From a virus (taxonomy: Duplodnaviria > Caudoviricetes): 62,926 nt of DNA. Location of the stretch: positions 1 to 62,926 of IMG/VR virus record IMGVR_UViG_3300025598_002100; one strand, 5' to 3'. The translations under genes and the position numbers were made by a program. This document shows positions 19,484 through 28,938 of the stretch, piece by piece (the stretch's first letter is position 1; the number at the start of each line of letters is the position of its first letter). The notes below the pieces were generated by a model, which made no database searches, had not been told where the DNA came from, and was given only the letters and a program-made list of their open reading frames with translations.

Positions 19484-20576
19484 AGCACAATACGATTTTT
19501 CTCAAAAAACTAATTATCTAAAACGTACGATGTTTTTGGATCCAGCTGGCCCGGTCACCGTACAAAGATTCGAAGAAGTTAAGTATCCAAAATTACAAAA
19601 TTACGAATCCTTAGCTCGCGGATTCTTTTGGGTTCCAGAAGAAATCAGTCTCACCAAAGATAAAATGGATCACAAGGAGGCCAGTGATGCAGTTAAACAT
19701 ATTTTCACAAGTAATCTACTCCGTCAAACAGCTCTTGACAGTATTCAAGGGCGTGCCCCTTTCCAGGTATTCGGACCAGTCACGTCTATTCCGGAATTAG
19801 AAGCACTGACACTTACATGGAGCTTTTTTGAAACGTCTATCCATAGTAAGAGCTACAGTCACATTATCCGTAATATCTATGGAGTACCTAAGGATGAATT
19901 TAATAAAATTCATGACACTACAGAAATTGCTGGTATGGCTGCTGGAATCGGACGTTATTACGAAGAACTACATGTTCTTAACATGCGCCGAGAACTAGGC
20001 GAAGATATTCCAGTTTATGATCATAAGAAAGCGATTTGGCTAGCTCTACATGCAAGTTATGCATTAGAGGCATTACGCTTTATGGTTAGCTTTGCTACTA
20101 GCCTTGCAATGGTCGAAAATAAGATCTTCATCGGAAATGGAAATATTATTAGTCTTATTTTACAAGACGAGATTTTACATACCGAATGGACTGCATGGTT
20201 AATTAATAATGTAACCAAAGACGATCCTGACTTTGTTCAAATTGAACAGGAATGTCATGCAGAAGTATATGCACTATATATGGAAGTTATACAAGAAGAA
20301 AAGTCATGGGCAGATTATTTGTTCCGAAAAGGAGTGGTAATCGGTCTTAATGCTAATATTCTTAAAGACTTTGTTGATTATACTGCGTATACTAAACTTA
20401 AGGATATCGGTATTAAGTATCAGGAAGATCATCCTAGAACTAGTCCAATTCCATGGTTTAATAAACATATTAATATTAATAAAAAACAGTCAGCACTACA
20501 AGAAACCGAATCAACGAATTATGTTATTGGTGTAATGTCAGATGCGGTTACACATGATGAATTGCCAGACCTATAA
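19476..20576 (+). CDS. nrdB: Class Ia ribonucleotide reductase beta subunit
   Basis: FFWVPEEI, LDSIQGR, ETSIHSKSY, LEALRF, QDEILH, QETESTNY; start reassigned to ATG 19476. Confidence 0.97.
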   Translation: MSKAQYDFSQKTNYLKRTMFLDPAGPVTVQRFEEVKYPKLQNYESLARGFFWVPEEISLTKDKMDHKEASDAVKHIFTSNLLRQTALDSIQGRAPFQVFGPVTSIPELEALTLTWSFFETSIHSKSYSHIIRNIYGVPKDEFNKIHDTTEIAGMAAGIGRYYEELHVLNMRRELGEDIPVYDHKKAIWLALHASYALEALRFMVSFATSLAMVENKIFIGNGNIISLILQDEILHTEWTAWLINNVTKDDPDFVQIEQECHAEVYALYMEVIQEEKSWADYLFRKGVVIGLNANILKDFVDYTAYTKLKDIGIKYQEDHPRTSPIPWFNKHININKKQSALQETESTNYVIGVMSDAVTHDELPDL

Positions 20577-20587
20577 GGATAATAAAC

Positions 20588-21016
20588 ATGAGAAATCTTA
20601 TTAATCTACTTGAAGATACTATTAACGATGCATGGTTTAAAGACGGATTTCAAACTTATAAGAAACCAGCTCGAGAAAAATATGAAATTGCATCTCAAGA
20701 TACAACTATTCAAACCCTAGAAGGGCCACAGCAAGTTAAAAAGGGATTTTACATTCTTACCGGACCTAAAGGCGAAAAGTATAGTATGCCACCGGAAAAA
20801 TTTGCAGAATTAAAAGATGACTTAGGAAATGGCGATTGTTCACCAAAGAAAATCATGAAGGTAGCTAAATTAGCAGACCATGATGGGGATGTAAAAACTA
20901 GCTGGGGTGAGACGCTTCATTATACTAAGGGCAATGACTATATTGTTCGTCACGGCCCTGGAGATTATGGAGTAGTCAAAGCAGATATTTTTAAACAAAC
21001 TTACGCAACAGAATAA
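20588..21016 (+). CDS. PGDYG-family protein
   Basis: QTLEGP, GPKGEKY and HGPGDYGVV motifs. Confidence 0.7.
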   Translation: MRNLINLLEDTINDAWFKDGFQTYKKPAREKYEIASQDTTIQTLEGPQQVKKGFYILTGPKGEKYSMPPEKFAELKDDLGNGDCSPKKIMKVAKLADHDGDVKTSWGETLHYTKGNDYIVRHGPGDYGVVKADIFKQTYATE

Positions 21017-21025
21017 GGAGAAAAA

Positions 21026-21250
21026 ATGAACGTAGTAATTTGGAGTAAGAACGGATGTACGTACTGTGAGAAAGCTAAAGCATTGCTTAAAGCTAAGAAT
21101 ATTACATTCGAAGAACGCAATATTAACAACGGATGGACTAAGGAACAATTGCTAGAAGCTGTTCCAAATGCACGAACAGTACCACAAATTTTCTTTGATA
21201 ATGAACTCGTTGGCGGGTTCGACGACCTTACTAAAAAACTAGCTGTGTAA
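21026..21250 (+). CDS. Glutaredoxin
   Basis: CTYC, RTVPQIF, VGGFDDL. Confidence 0.92.
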   Translation: MNVVIWSKNGCTYCEKAKALLKAKNITFEERNINNGWTKEQLLEAVPNARTVPQIFFDNELVGGFDDLTKKLAV

Positions 21251-21253
21251 TAT

Positions 21254-21706
21254 ATGGATTCAGAAATAAAAAAGAAAATTGATGATATAATCAACGGACA
21301 GCCATATTTCACTAATATGGCTGTTTATGATCCTTTACAATATCAATTTAATTATAATATAAATGCCGGAGGTCCTGTCGGTTCTTCACCAAATGTAACA
21401 ATAAATAATGGAGGAACATGGACATCAACTAATGGCGGAACTACATGGACATCAATTCCATATACGTTCTCTTCGACTTCACCTAGTAACGGAAATTTTA
21501 AGGTAACCGGCGATGCTGAAATCGATGGCGATATTAAAATGCAAGGTCGTAGTCTCAAAGAAATTTTTAACAAGATTGAACAACGTCTAGCTATATTGGT
21601 TCCAGATCCTAATAAATTAGAACAATTCGAAGCATTAAAGAAAGCTTATAATCATTATAAAATGATTGAAGCATTATGTGAAGTTCCAAAAAATGAAAAC
21701 GAATGA
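21254..21706 (+). CDS. Hypothetical phage protein
   Basis: ORF with tandem NGGT(T)WTS repeat. Confidence 0.65.
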   Translation: MDSEIKKKIDDIINGQPYFTNMAVYDPLQYQFNYNINAGGPVGSSPNVTINNGGTWTSTNGGTTWTSIPYTFSSTSPSNGNFKVTGDAEIDGDIKMQGRSLKEIFNKIEQRLAILVPDPNKLEQFEALKKAYNHYKMIEALCEVPKNENE

Positions 21707-21845
21707 AACAAAAATTGCAGAATTAGAAAATTTAGTTAAACGACAAAATCGTTTGCTAGATAATCTATATAAAAAGATTCTATTTCTTGAAAGAGAAAAT
21801 GCTCGTAGACGCAGTGATGTGGAAAAGTTAAATGAACGCAGATGA
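21693..21845 (+). CDS. Small coiled-coil protein (50 aa, not in ORF track)
   Basis: MKTNETKIAELENLVKRQNRLLDNLYKKILFLERENARRRSDVEKLNERR fills the gap between two genes. Confidence 0.55.
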   Translation: MKTNETKIAELENLVKRQNRLLDNLYKKILFLERENARRRSDVEKLNERR

Positions 21846-22215
21846 TTTTAAAGATTGGTGCGGCCGACACGGTATAGTAATTATTGATAAAAATAAAAGA
21901 GCACACCGATATACTAAACAAAATGTAAAATATTTTCAAAATCCTGCAGATTATAATTTAGTTTACGAAGATATAACACTAGAAACAGAACCTCTTTATA
22001 CACTAGAGATTACCCTCAGTGAGTTAGAACGCTTGGCAGAATTCGAACAACAAGTTTTTAATAATTTAAAAGAAACAGGACGTTTTAATATGTTCGAAAT
22101 GATGGCCAAACAAAAAGAATTAGAGAAAGATTTAAGAAATAAATACGCCGCAGTGAATAAAGCATATGAGCATTATAGTCTATTGCTCAAATTAGCACAA
22201 AGCGGCGAACTATAA
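21832..22215 (+). CDS. Hypothetical phage protein
   Basis: ORF in operon. Confidence 0.65.
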   Translation: MNADDFKDWCGRHGIVIIDKNKRAHRYTKQNVKYFQNPADYNLVYEDITLETEPLYTLEITLSELERLAEFEQQVFNNLKETGRFNMFEMMAKQKELEKDLRNKYAAVNKAYEHYSLLLKLAQSGEL

Positions 22216-22227
22216 AAGGAAATAAAA

Positions 22228-22521
22228 ATGTTAATTACCAAAGGTGTCAGTGTAGGTGAAATCGTATCTGTTAGAACTACAGCTGGCGAAGAAATTGTAG
22301 GAAAGTTGTCAGAAGTTGGTACAGAATCTATTGTGCTTGATCGTCCGAGAGTATTAGTCCCTACTCAAACAGGTGTAAACTTTGTCCCCTTTATGTTTAC
22401 TACTAGTTCGGATAACATACCCATTTACAGACATGCATTATTGACTGCTCCGGTAGCAACAGATAAAGATGCTGCGGATCTCTATATACAAAGAACCACT
22501 GGTATAACACTAGGTAAATAA
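22228..22521 (+). CDS. Small beta protein, possibly Sm/LSm-like fold
   Basis: GEIVSVRTTAGEEIVGKL resembles an Sm1-type pattern; AAGGA RBS. Confidence 0.5.
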   Translation: MLITKGVSVGEIVSVRTTAGEEIVGKLSEVGTESIVLDRPRVLVPTQTGVNFVPFMFTTSSDNIPIYRHALLTAPVATDKDAADLYIQRTTGITLGK

Positions 22522-22537
22522 GTTAAAGGATTAACTT

Positions 22538-23377
22538 ATGCCATATGTATCAGGTACGGGATTAATTAGTGACGTTTTTTATAGTAAAAATGTATTTGTT
22601 AATAATGTTTCTGTAGCATTATGGAATAAGCCACAGCAAAGTGCCGCATTTGTTGGTGATATCACCGTCGGTGGGGTAGCTATCGACCCATTAATTGTTG
22701 AACAAATTACTAGTAATGATACTGCGTATACTGAAAATCCTAGTGTATTCGCAATGCCTGCAGATGCAGTATCGCAAGGAGCAATTCAACCTAACTACCA
22801 AGGTACTCCGCCACAGATTTCAACTGCAACTGGGGTAATCACAACAGCTACGTTTACCAGCGGAATTATTCCTTTCTTAGCTGAAAGACTAGTCGAAGCA
22901 GGAAATGGACAATGGAGTAGAACTTATCAGACTACCGGCGTTGATAATCCGAATATTATAGGAATATGGCAAAGCCTAGGATTAGGTGCCGTTATATTGC
23001 ACGATACTACTCCTTGGTGCATGGGGTTTGTTAATTTCACTCTCAAACAATGTGGATACAAATGGTGCCCGGAAGCTGGCGCTATTGCAATCGAAAATGC
23101 TCCATCGAGGTGGAATGCAATGTCTATTCCACTAGATCAAGGACAACCGGGTGATATTGCACTTTGGAATTATAGTGGGCATAATCATGTGAATTTTATA
23201 TATACTGTACAAAATGGTAGGTATACATTTGTAGGCGGAAATCAAAATAGTAGGGCAACAAATAATAACAACCCATCTGATAGCACAGTATCTATTGCAT
23301 GGCCCGGAGGGTGGACTCAAGCGAGTAATAAACCCGGAAGCACTTTGGTTGGGTTATGGAGACCTAGCCAAACTTAA
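22538..23377 (+). CDS. CHAP/NlpC-like peptidoglycan hydrolase domain protein (TIGR02594-like), probably baseplate-associated
   Basis: TPWCMGFVN, PGDIALW, HVNF, GGNQ motifs. Confidence 0.7.
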   Translation: MPYVSGTGLISDVFYSKNVFVNNVSVALWNKPQQSAAFVGDITVGGVAIDPLIVEQITSNDTAYTENPSVFAMPADAVSQGAIQPNYQGTPPQISTATGVITTATFTSGIIPFLAERLVEAGNGQWSRTYQTTGVDNPNIIGIWQSLGLGAVILHDTTPWCMGFVNFTLKQCGYKWCPEAGAIAIENAPSRWNAMSIPLDQGQPGDIALWNYSGHNHVNFIYTVQNGRYTFVGGNQNSRATNNNNPSDSTVSIAWPGGWTQASNKPGSTLVGLWRPSQT

Positions 23378-23436
23378 TATAAATCTCTTGCATTCTTATT
23401 AAATAATGTTACAATAGTTCTTTAAAGGAGACTAAG

Positions 23437-23577
23437 ATGTTTACATTAATCGTACTTTTAGTTGTAATCGGCGCAGCAATTTATTTTGTTACACGTAATA
23501 AGAATTCAAGTTCTTCAACAGGATCAGCACCAGCAAGTATGCCAACTACTGACCCTACTAAAGAAAATAAGAATTAA
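23437..23577 (+). CDS. Small single-pass membrane protein (46 aa, not in ORF track)
   Basis: AAAGGAG RBS; MFTLIVLLVVIGAAIYFVTRNKNSSSSTGSAPASMPTTDPTKENKN; upstream TTGCAT..TACAAT promoter-like pair and downstream terminator. Confidence 0.7.
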   Translation: MFTLIVLLVVIGAAIYFVTRNKNSSSSTGSAPASMPTTDPTKENKN

Positions 23578-23609
23578 TGGTAGTTATACCTTGTTACTAA
23601 AAATAGCAG

Positions 23610-23636
23610 ATACCCGCTTCGGCGGGTATTTTTTTT
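23610..23636 (+). terminator. Intrinsic terminator
   Basis: ATACCCGC-TTCG-GCGGGTAT followed by a T run. Confidence 0.9.
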
Positions 23637-23671
23637 AAGCATACGACGATGCTTGGAAGATAAATAAATAT

Positions 23672-24301
23672 ATGAAACATTTCATTTATAAAACTATTCA
23701 CAAAAACGGAAAATATTATATCGGACGACATTCAACAGAAAATGAAAATGACGGCTATAAGGGATCAGGATTATGGGTACTCTCAATAAAGGATAAATCA
23801 TCTCTTACAACAACCATTTTAGAATATGCGTCAGATATGGATTCTTTGCTTAAATTAGAGAAGGAATATTTGTCCAAACATATTAATAATCCGAATAATA
23901 TGAACTTTAATCAAAATCCAGTTGGATTTGCATCTGGGGATTTACATCCCCAGAGACAAGAAAAAAACAGACAACGTTTTAGTGAAAATAATCCCGGTAA
24001 GCGACCAGAACACATAGAAAGGATGCGAAGCGAAGATAATCCTGCTAAAAAGAGTGAGGTCAGAGAAAAAATCTCGCAGCGCATGACTGGAAAAAATAAT
24101 CCCATGTATCGTCCTGATGTAATCGATGCAAGAAGAGGAAATAATCATCCGTCCAAAAAAGATCCTACCATCGGAAATAAAATAAGTCAAGCAAGGTTAG
24201 GAATTAAACTCGAAAGAGTTATTTGTGAAAATTGCGGCAAATCAGTAGCTATTAATCATTACCCTAGTCGTCACAAAGCAAAATGTATAGGGCGTTTGTA
24301 A
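23672..24301 (+). CDS. GIY-YIG (Seg-like) homing endonuclease
   Basis: FIYKT...KYYIGRH...YKGSG; NNP/NUMOD-like repeats; C-terminal CENC; late box at 23659-23666. Confidence 0.8.
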   Translation: MKHFIYKTIHKNGKYYIGRHSTENENDGYKGSGLWVLSIKDKSSLTTTILEYASDMDSLLKLEKEYLSKHINNPNNMNFNQNPVGFASGDLHPQRQEKNRQRFSENNPGKRPEHIERMRSEDNPAKKSEVREKISQRMTGKNNPMYRPDVIDARRGNNHPSKKDPTIGNKISQARLGIKLERVICENCGKSVAINHYPSRHKAKCIGRL

Positions 24302-24335
24302 TAGTATTGTAATGATTTTATAGTTAAATATAGGT

Positions 24336-25085
24336 ATGAAAAAAACATACCGAACAATATGCATTAGTGATGTGCATTTAGGCACTAAAGATTGCAAAGC
24401 TGAACAGCTTAATAATTTCCTCAAACATAACAGTTGCGAAACGCTATACCTAGTAGGAGACGTGATAGACGCATGGAAAATTCAACAAAATCGCTGGAAA
24501 TGGAAGCAAAGTCATACTAACGTCATTCGTAGAATCTTAGGTCATGCTAAACGCGATACTAGAGTAGTGTATGTAGCTGGTAACCATGATGAGTTTTTAA
24601 GGCCTTTACTACAATATAATATTTCTTTTGGGAATGTGGAAATTGTAAACCAAACCGAACATTTAGGTGTTGACGGAAAACGTTACTTGCTAACTCATGG
24701 TGATTTATTTGATGGAATCACACGATTGGCACCATGGATTAGTTTTTTAGGTGATCGTGCTTATGACATTGTTTTATCTTTAAACACCCGATTTAACTGG
24801 ATAAGACATCGAATGGGGTTTGGTTATTGGAGCTTAAGCAAATATCTTAAACAACGTGTTAAAAAAGCAGTGGATTTTATGTTTCAATTTGAACATAATC
24901 TTGCTTCTTATTGTAAAAAGCGTGGGTTTGATGGTGTAATTTGCGGTCATATACATCATGCAGAAATTAAAGAAATTGATGGTGTTATATACATGAATGA
25001 CGGTGACTGGGTAGAATCAATGACTGCATTAGTTGAACATCATGACGGACGCTGGAAAATCGTCACTTGGACTAAAGAAAAATAA
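24336..25085 (+). CDS. Metallophosphoesterase, LpxH/YbbF-like (UDP-2,3-diacylglucosamine hydrolase family)
   Basis: ISDVHLG, GDVID, GNHD, HGDLFD, CGHIH, NDGDWVES. Confidence 0.85.
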   Translation: MKKTYRTICISDVHLGTKDCKAEQLNNFLKHNSCETLYLVGDVIDAWKIQQNRWKWKQSHTNVIRRILGHAKRDTRVVYVAGNHDEFLRPLLQYNISFGNVEIVNQTEHLGVDGKRYLLTHGDLFDGITRLAPWISFLGDRAYDIVLSLNTRFNWIRHRMGFGYWSLSKYLKQRVKKAVDFMFQFEHNLASYCKKRGFDGVICGHIHHAEIKEIDGVIYMNDGDWVESMTALVEHHDGRWKIVTWTKEK

Positions 25086-25161
25086 TCGGACACAAGTATT
25101 GGGTGTCACTGGAACCGTAACCAGTATCTCTTTTATAAATATTCTTATAGGGAGTACCAAA

Positions 25162-25317
25162 ATGAAGCAGTCTAAACTAGTAAAGAAAATGTATCAGGCT
25201 TGTTTAGAGCATGATAAAGATCGCCAACGTGAGTTAACTCTGATTGAATACAACAAGATCTTCAAACATAAGCATGCAGGAAAATATTTTACTCCTAAAT
25301 GGACTATAATTCGGTAA
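25162..25317 (+). CDS. Small hypothetical protein
   Basis: GGGAG RBS before ATG 25162, inside ORF 25033..25317. Confidence 0.55.
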   Translation: MKQSKLVKKMYQACLEHDKDRQRELTLIEYNKIFKHKHAGKYFTPKWTIIR

Positions 25318-25325
25318 AAGTTTAG

Positions 25326-25354
25326 TTGACGATAAAACCTTTTAATACTATAAT
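25326..25354 (+). promoter_or_regulatory. sigma70-like early promoter
   Basis: TTGACG, 17 bp, TATAAT. Confidence 0.8.
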
Positions 25355-25376
25355 GATGTTTTAACAGGAGAATAAT

Positions 25377-25682
25377 ATGTCGGCAATTAACACGTTGTAT
25401 TCTCTGGAACAGTTTTGTCTAGATTCTAGTGGCTTTGCAGAACGTTGGCAAGGTAACAGTGCATTCTATCAGTGGAATAAAGGTAAAACTACCGAAGAAG
25501 GTATTATTAATGGTGTTGTACGTAAACTAGCAGGAACAGATACATCAGGGAATGAGATTTGGGTTGTTGCTGGATCTTTTAAGATTGCTGCTAATGGAGA
25601 AATTCTTCGATTTACTGGCATTAGCAAAAAGCAATGGGATATTATTCAGGTATTGCCTGCTAAGGATACTATTGCAGCATAA
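25377..25682 (+). CDS. Hypothetical phage protein
   Basis: AGGAG RBS. Confidence 0.7.
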   Translation: MSAINTLYSLEQFCLDSSGFAERWQGNSAFYQWNKGKTTEEGIINGVVRKLAGTDTSGNEIWVVAGSFKIAANGEILRFTGISKKQWDIIQVLPAKDTIAA

Positions 25683-26983
25683 TGGAATTTTTAATTTATT
25701 TGGCATTTATTTTAATTGTTATTGCGATTTATCTTTATAAAAAACGCAAAAAACATAAAAAATCTATTAAAATATTAGAAGAATCTGTAGAAGCAGGCTT
25801 AACTGAGCCTGTTTCTCTACATCCTATTATTGATCAAGATCTTTGCATCGGTTGCGGCAGTTGTGTTATAGCTTGTCCAGAAAGCCATCACCATGTATTA
25901 GGTATGATTGCTCATAAAGCGGTATTGGTAAACCCTACCGAATGTATCGGGCATAGTGCCTGTAAAGCTGCTTGCCCAATGGATGCGATCACCGTAGTAT
26001 TCGGTACTGCTCGACGCGGGGTTGATTTACCGGTAGTGAAGCCCGACTTTGAAACTAATATTCCCGGGCTCTATGTTGCCGGAGAATTAGGTGGCATGGG
26101 ATTAATTAAGAATGCACTAACACAAGGAAGAGAAGCTGTTGAAAATATTAGTAAGAATAATGAACGTGATCAAAACCAGTTTGATCTTATCATTGTTGGC
26201 GGTGGGCCTGCTGGAATTGGCGCAGCTTTTACTGCAATTAGTGAAAAGCTTAACTATCTGATACTTGAACAAGATTCGTTAGGTGGAACAGTTTTTAAAT
26301 ATCCCCGCAGAAAATTAGTTATGACACAACCGGTTACATTGCCTGTTATTGGTAAAATACATTTTAGAAATACCACCAAAGAAGAACTATTAAACTTTTG
26401 GGATGAACAACGTCAACGACATAACTTAAATTTTAAATTTAATGAACGTGTAGAGAGCGTAGTTAAAGATAATACAGGATTTATTGTTACTACTGCACTA
26501 GGTACATACCGTGCCACTAATGTATTATTATCTATCGGAAGACGAGGCAGTCCTAGAACACTAGGAGTCCCTGGTGAAGAATTACCAAAAGTAGTTTACA
26601 GACTTATCGATCCTGAACAATATAAAGGTGCGCATGTGTTGGTAATCGGAGGCGGTGATAGTGCGCTAGAAGCTGCTGCTAGTGTTGCTGAAGCAGATCC
26701 TAATAACCATGTTACTTTATCATATCGTGGTACAGCTTTTCAAAGAGCTAAACCCGCTAATAGGCGCCGTGTTGAAGCTGCTGTTAAACAAGGAAATTTA
26801 GAAATTATACTTAATTCTAATGTACAGCAGATTGGTGAAGATTATGTTATTCTCCAAATTGGTAAAGACGACTTGCGCATTATAGAGAACAATGCTATTA
26901 TTGTTAATGCAGGCGGTATTTTACCAGATGCGTTTTTGAAAAAGTGTGGCATTGAAGTTGTAACTAAATGGGGTACAGAATGA
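25682..26983 (+). CDS. Membrane-anchored 2x[4Fe-4S] ferredoxin fused to a thioredoxin-reductase-like FAD/NAD(P) oxidoreductase
   Basis: N-terminal TM; CIGCGSCVIACP and CIGHSACKAACP; ETNIPGLYVAGE; VGGGPAG and IGGGDSA Rossmann motifs. Confidence 0.85.
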   Translation: MEFLIYLAFILIVIAIYLYKKRKKHKKSIKILEESVEAGLTEPVSLHPIIDQDLCIGCGSCVIACPESHHHVLGMIAHKAVLVNPTECIGHSACKAACPMDAITVVFGTARRGVDLPVVKPDFETNIPGLYVAGELGGMGLIKNALTQGREAVENISKNNERDQNQFDLIIVGGGPAGIGAAFTAISEKLNYLILEQDSLGGTVFKYPRRKLVMTQPVTLPVIGKIHFRNTTKEELLNFWDEQRQRHNLNFKFNERVESVVKDNTGFIVTTALGTYRATNVLLSIGRRGSPRTLGVPGEELPKVVYRLIDPEQYKGAHVLVIGGGDSALEAAASVAEADPNNHVTLSYRGTAFQRAKPANRRRVEAAVKQGNLEIILNSNVQQIGEDYVILQIGKDDLRIIENNAIIVNAGGILPDAFLKKCGIEVVTKWGTE

Positions 26984-27381
26984 TTGACTTTTCTTTTGGC
27001 TTGCGAAATCCTCTAATTCATTTTAATAAAATTTATCATAATAACTGCTACGAAAAAGCTTGGACGGTTTCTAAAAATAAAGTAATTGACTTTCATTGCG
27101 GCATTATTAATAATGTTATAGTGGATTTTACTTTTAATCTAACTTTCAAAACGGATCATGCAGGATTACATATTTTCTTTGGTGTTCTTGGATTCTATTT
27201 TAACTTCGACTTCCACGATACTCGTCATTGGAACGATAAAGAAAACCGTTGGTGCTTGCCTAGCGAAGAGGATATGGCGTTTATTGAGAGTATTTCAGAA
27301 TTGGATAACAATGATAACAAACCTCAGAATCCTTATGAAAAAATGGTAGAAGAAAACTTTAAAAAAGTAGTAACTGATTAA
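26980..27381 (+). CDS. Hypothetical phage protein
   Basis: ORF; probable ATGA-coupled start at 26980. Confidence 0.6.
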   Translation: MIDFSFGLRNPLIHFNKIYHNNCYEKAWTVSKNKVIDFHCGIINNVIVDFTFNLTFKTDHAGLHIFFGVLGFYFNFDFHDTRHWNDKENRWCLPSEEDMAFIESISELDNNDNKPQNPYEKMVEENFKKVVTD

Positions 27382-27398
27382 CATCAAAAGGATAATAT

Positions 27399-27785
27399 AT
27401 GTCAATGCATCTAGCGCATCCTGCTCTTACTACAACCGGTAAGAAGAAAGGTAAAAAAAAGTGGGCGTCTGCTGAACATAAACGTCGTGCTGAATCTGCA
27501 CAAGCTGCTCGAGAAGCTATGTTGCAGGAATACAACATCAAACCTGCAAAGAAGAATAATAAAGGATTTATGTCTTCAACTTATCAACCTAAGTTCGATC
27601 ATCCTCGGTATACTACTAGTAATATTGCTAGCGTAAATCCTACTTGGGCAACTTGTGCGAAACCTCCTGAGCGTAAGTATACTGGTACTCTTATCAAAGG
27701 CATTGCTACGATGCACAAAAGCAATGCTGTACCTGTAATTAATGAAGAAGAGATGATATCTATTAGTCGTATGCGTCGAGGATAG
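27399..27785 (+). CDS. Basic phage protein of unknown function
   Basis: AAGGA RBS; C-terminal YTGTLIKGIATMHKSNAVPV. Confidence 0.7.
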   Translation: MSMHLAHPALTTTGKKKGKKKWASAEHKRRAESAQAAREAMLQEYNIKPAKKNNKGFMSSTYQPKFDHPRYTTSNIASVNPTWATCAKPPERKYTGTLIKGIATMHKSNAVPVINEEEMISISRMRRG

Positions 27786-27858
27786 TGTGAAATTATTCAG
27801 CCGTAAACGCAGGAGAAAGAAAAAGGATAATGCTACAATTCAGGAAATAAATATTTCC

Positions 27859-28938
27859 ATGAATACTTTATCCAATAAGATCGTAGCTTATTTGACTTTA
27901 CTTTCTGGGCTAGCAATTTCAGCAGTTGCAGTTTACTATTCTGTTTCGGGATTGACTGCAATTTTCTCGGCGGCAGTAGTACCTATCATTGTAATGGGTA
28001 TTACATTAGAAATTAGCAAATTAGTTGCTACAGTATGGCTCAAACAAAACTGGGTTATTGCCCCAACTGCCGTTAAAGGCTACTTAATAGCAGCTATCGT
28101 TGTACTTATGCTAATCACTAGTATGGGAATTTTCGGATTCCTTAGCAAGGCACACAGCGACCAGAGCTTGGTTAGCGGCGATGTAGCTGCCCGTATTTCA
28201 GTTTATGATGAAAAGATCAAGACTGAAAAAGAAAATATCGATACAGATCGTAAAGCATTAAAACAAATGGATAATGCTGTTGACCAATTAATGGAACGTT
28301 CTACCGACGAACAAGGTGCCGGTCGTGCAGTACGGTTGCGTCATTCTCAAGCTGATGAACGAAACAGATTATTATCAGAGATTTCCGAATCACAAAAAAG
28401 AATAGCTACTCTTAATGATGAACGTGCACCTATTGCTGCAGAATCTCGTAAAGTAGAAGCTGAAGTCGGACCTATTAGGTATATTGCTGCATTTGTATAT
28501 GGTAATACAGATCCTAGTATATTAGAACGAGCAGTAACTTGGGTTATTCTAATTCTTATCTTAGTATTCGATCCACTGGCTGTAATATTATTGTTAGCTA
28601 GTCAATATAGTTTTCAACAATTTCGTAAACTGGAAGAGTTTAACTCTAATAAAGAAAAAGAAGATCCTGTAGAATTATGGAATTCTATGATTAATGCAGC
28701 CGAAAAAGAAGTAGAACAAAAGTCCGAATCTACCTCCTACATTCAAAATGAAGAACAATCAGAAAGTGGACTTTGGAAAAATGTTAGTAATGTAATCAGC
28801 GAAAAAGATTATTTAGAAACTTCGGAAAAAAATATAAGAGATATGATCAAACGAGTTAAAAGTGGAATATTACCCTTTTATCAAGTTCCTGAAGAAATTA
28901 AGGCTCAAGTTAAAAAAGGTCTAAAAGATGCCGGCTAA
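27859..28938 (+). CDS. Multi-pass membrane protein with long coiled coil
   Basis: Three N-terminal TMs, a coiled coil and a TM with FDPLAV; start reassigned to ATG 27859, just after AATAAATA. Confidence 0.7.
   Translation: MNTLSNKIVAYLTLLSGLAISAVAVYYSVSGLTAIFSAAVVPIIVMGITLEISKLVATVWLKQNWVIAPTAVKGYLIAAIVVLMLITSMGIFGFLSKAHSDQSLVSGDVAARISVYDEKIKTEKENIDTDRKALKQMDNAVDQLMERSTDEQGAGRAVRLRHSQADERNRLLSEISESQKRIATLNDERAPIAAESRKVEAEVGPIRYIAAFVYGNTDPSILERAVTWVILILILVFDPLAVILLLASQYSFQQFRKLEEFNSNKEKEDPVELWNSMINAAEKEVEQKSESTSYIQNEEQSESGLWKNVSNVISEKDYLETSEKNIRDMIKRVKSGILPFYQVPEEIKAQVKKGLKDAG

Noticed and set aside
16426-20576. Intein or intron in nrdA/nrdB
   Set aside because: Both have normal lengths and contiguous motifs; the endonuclease is intergenic.
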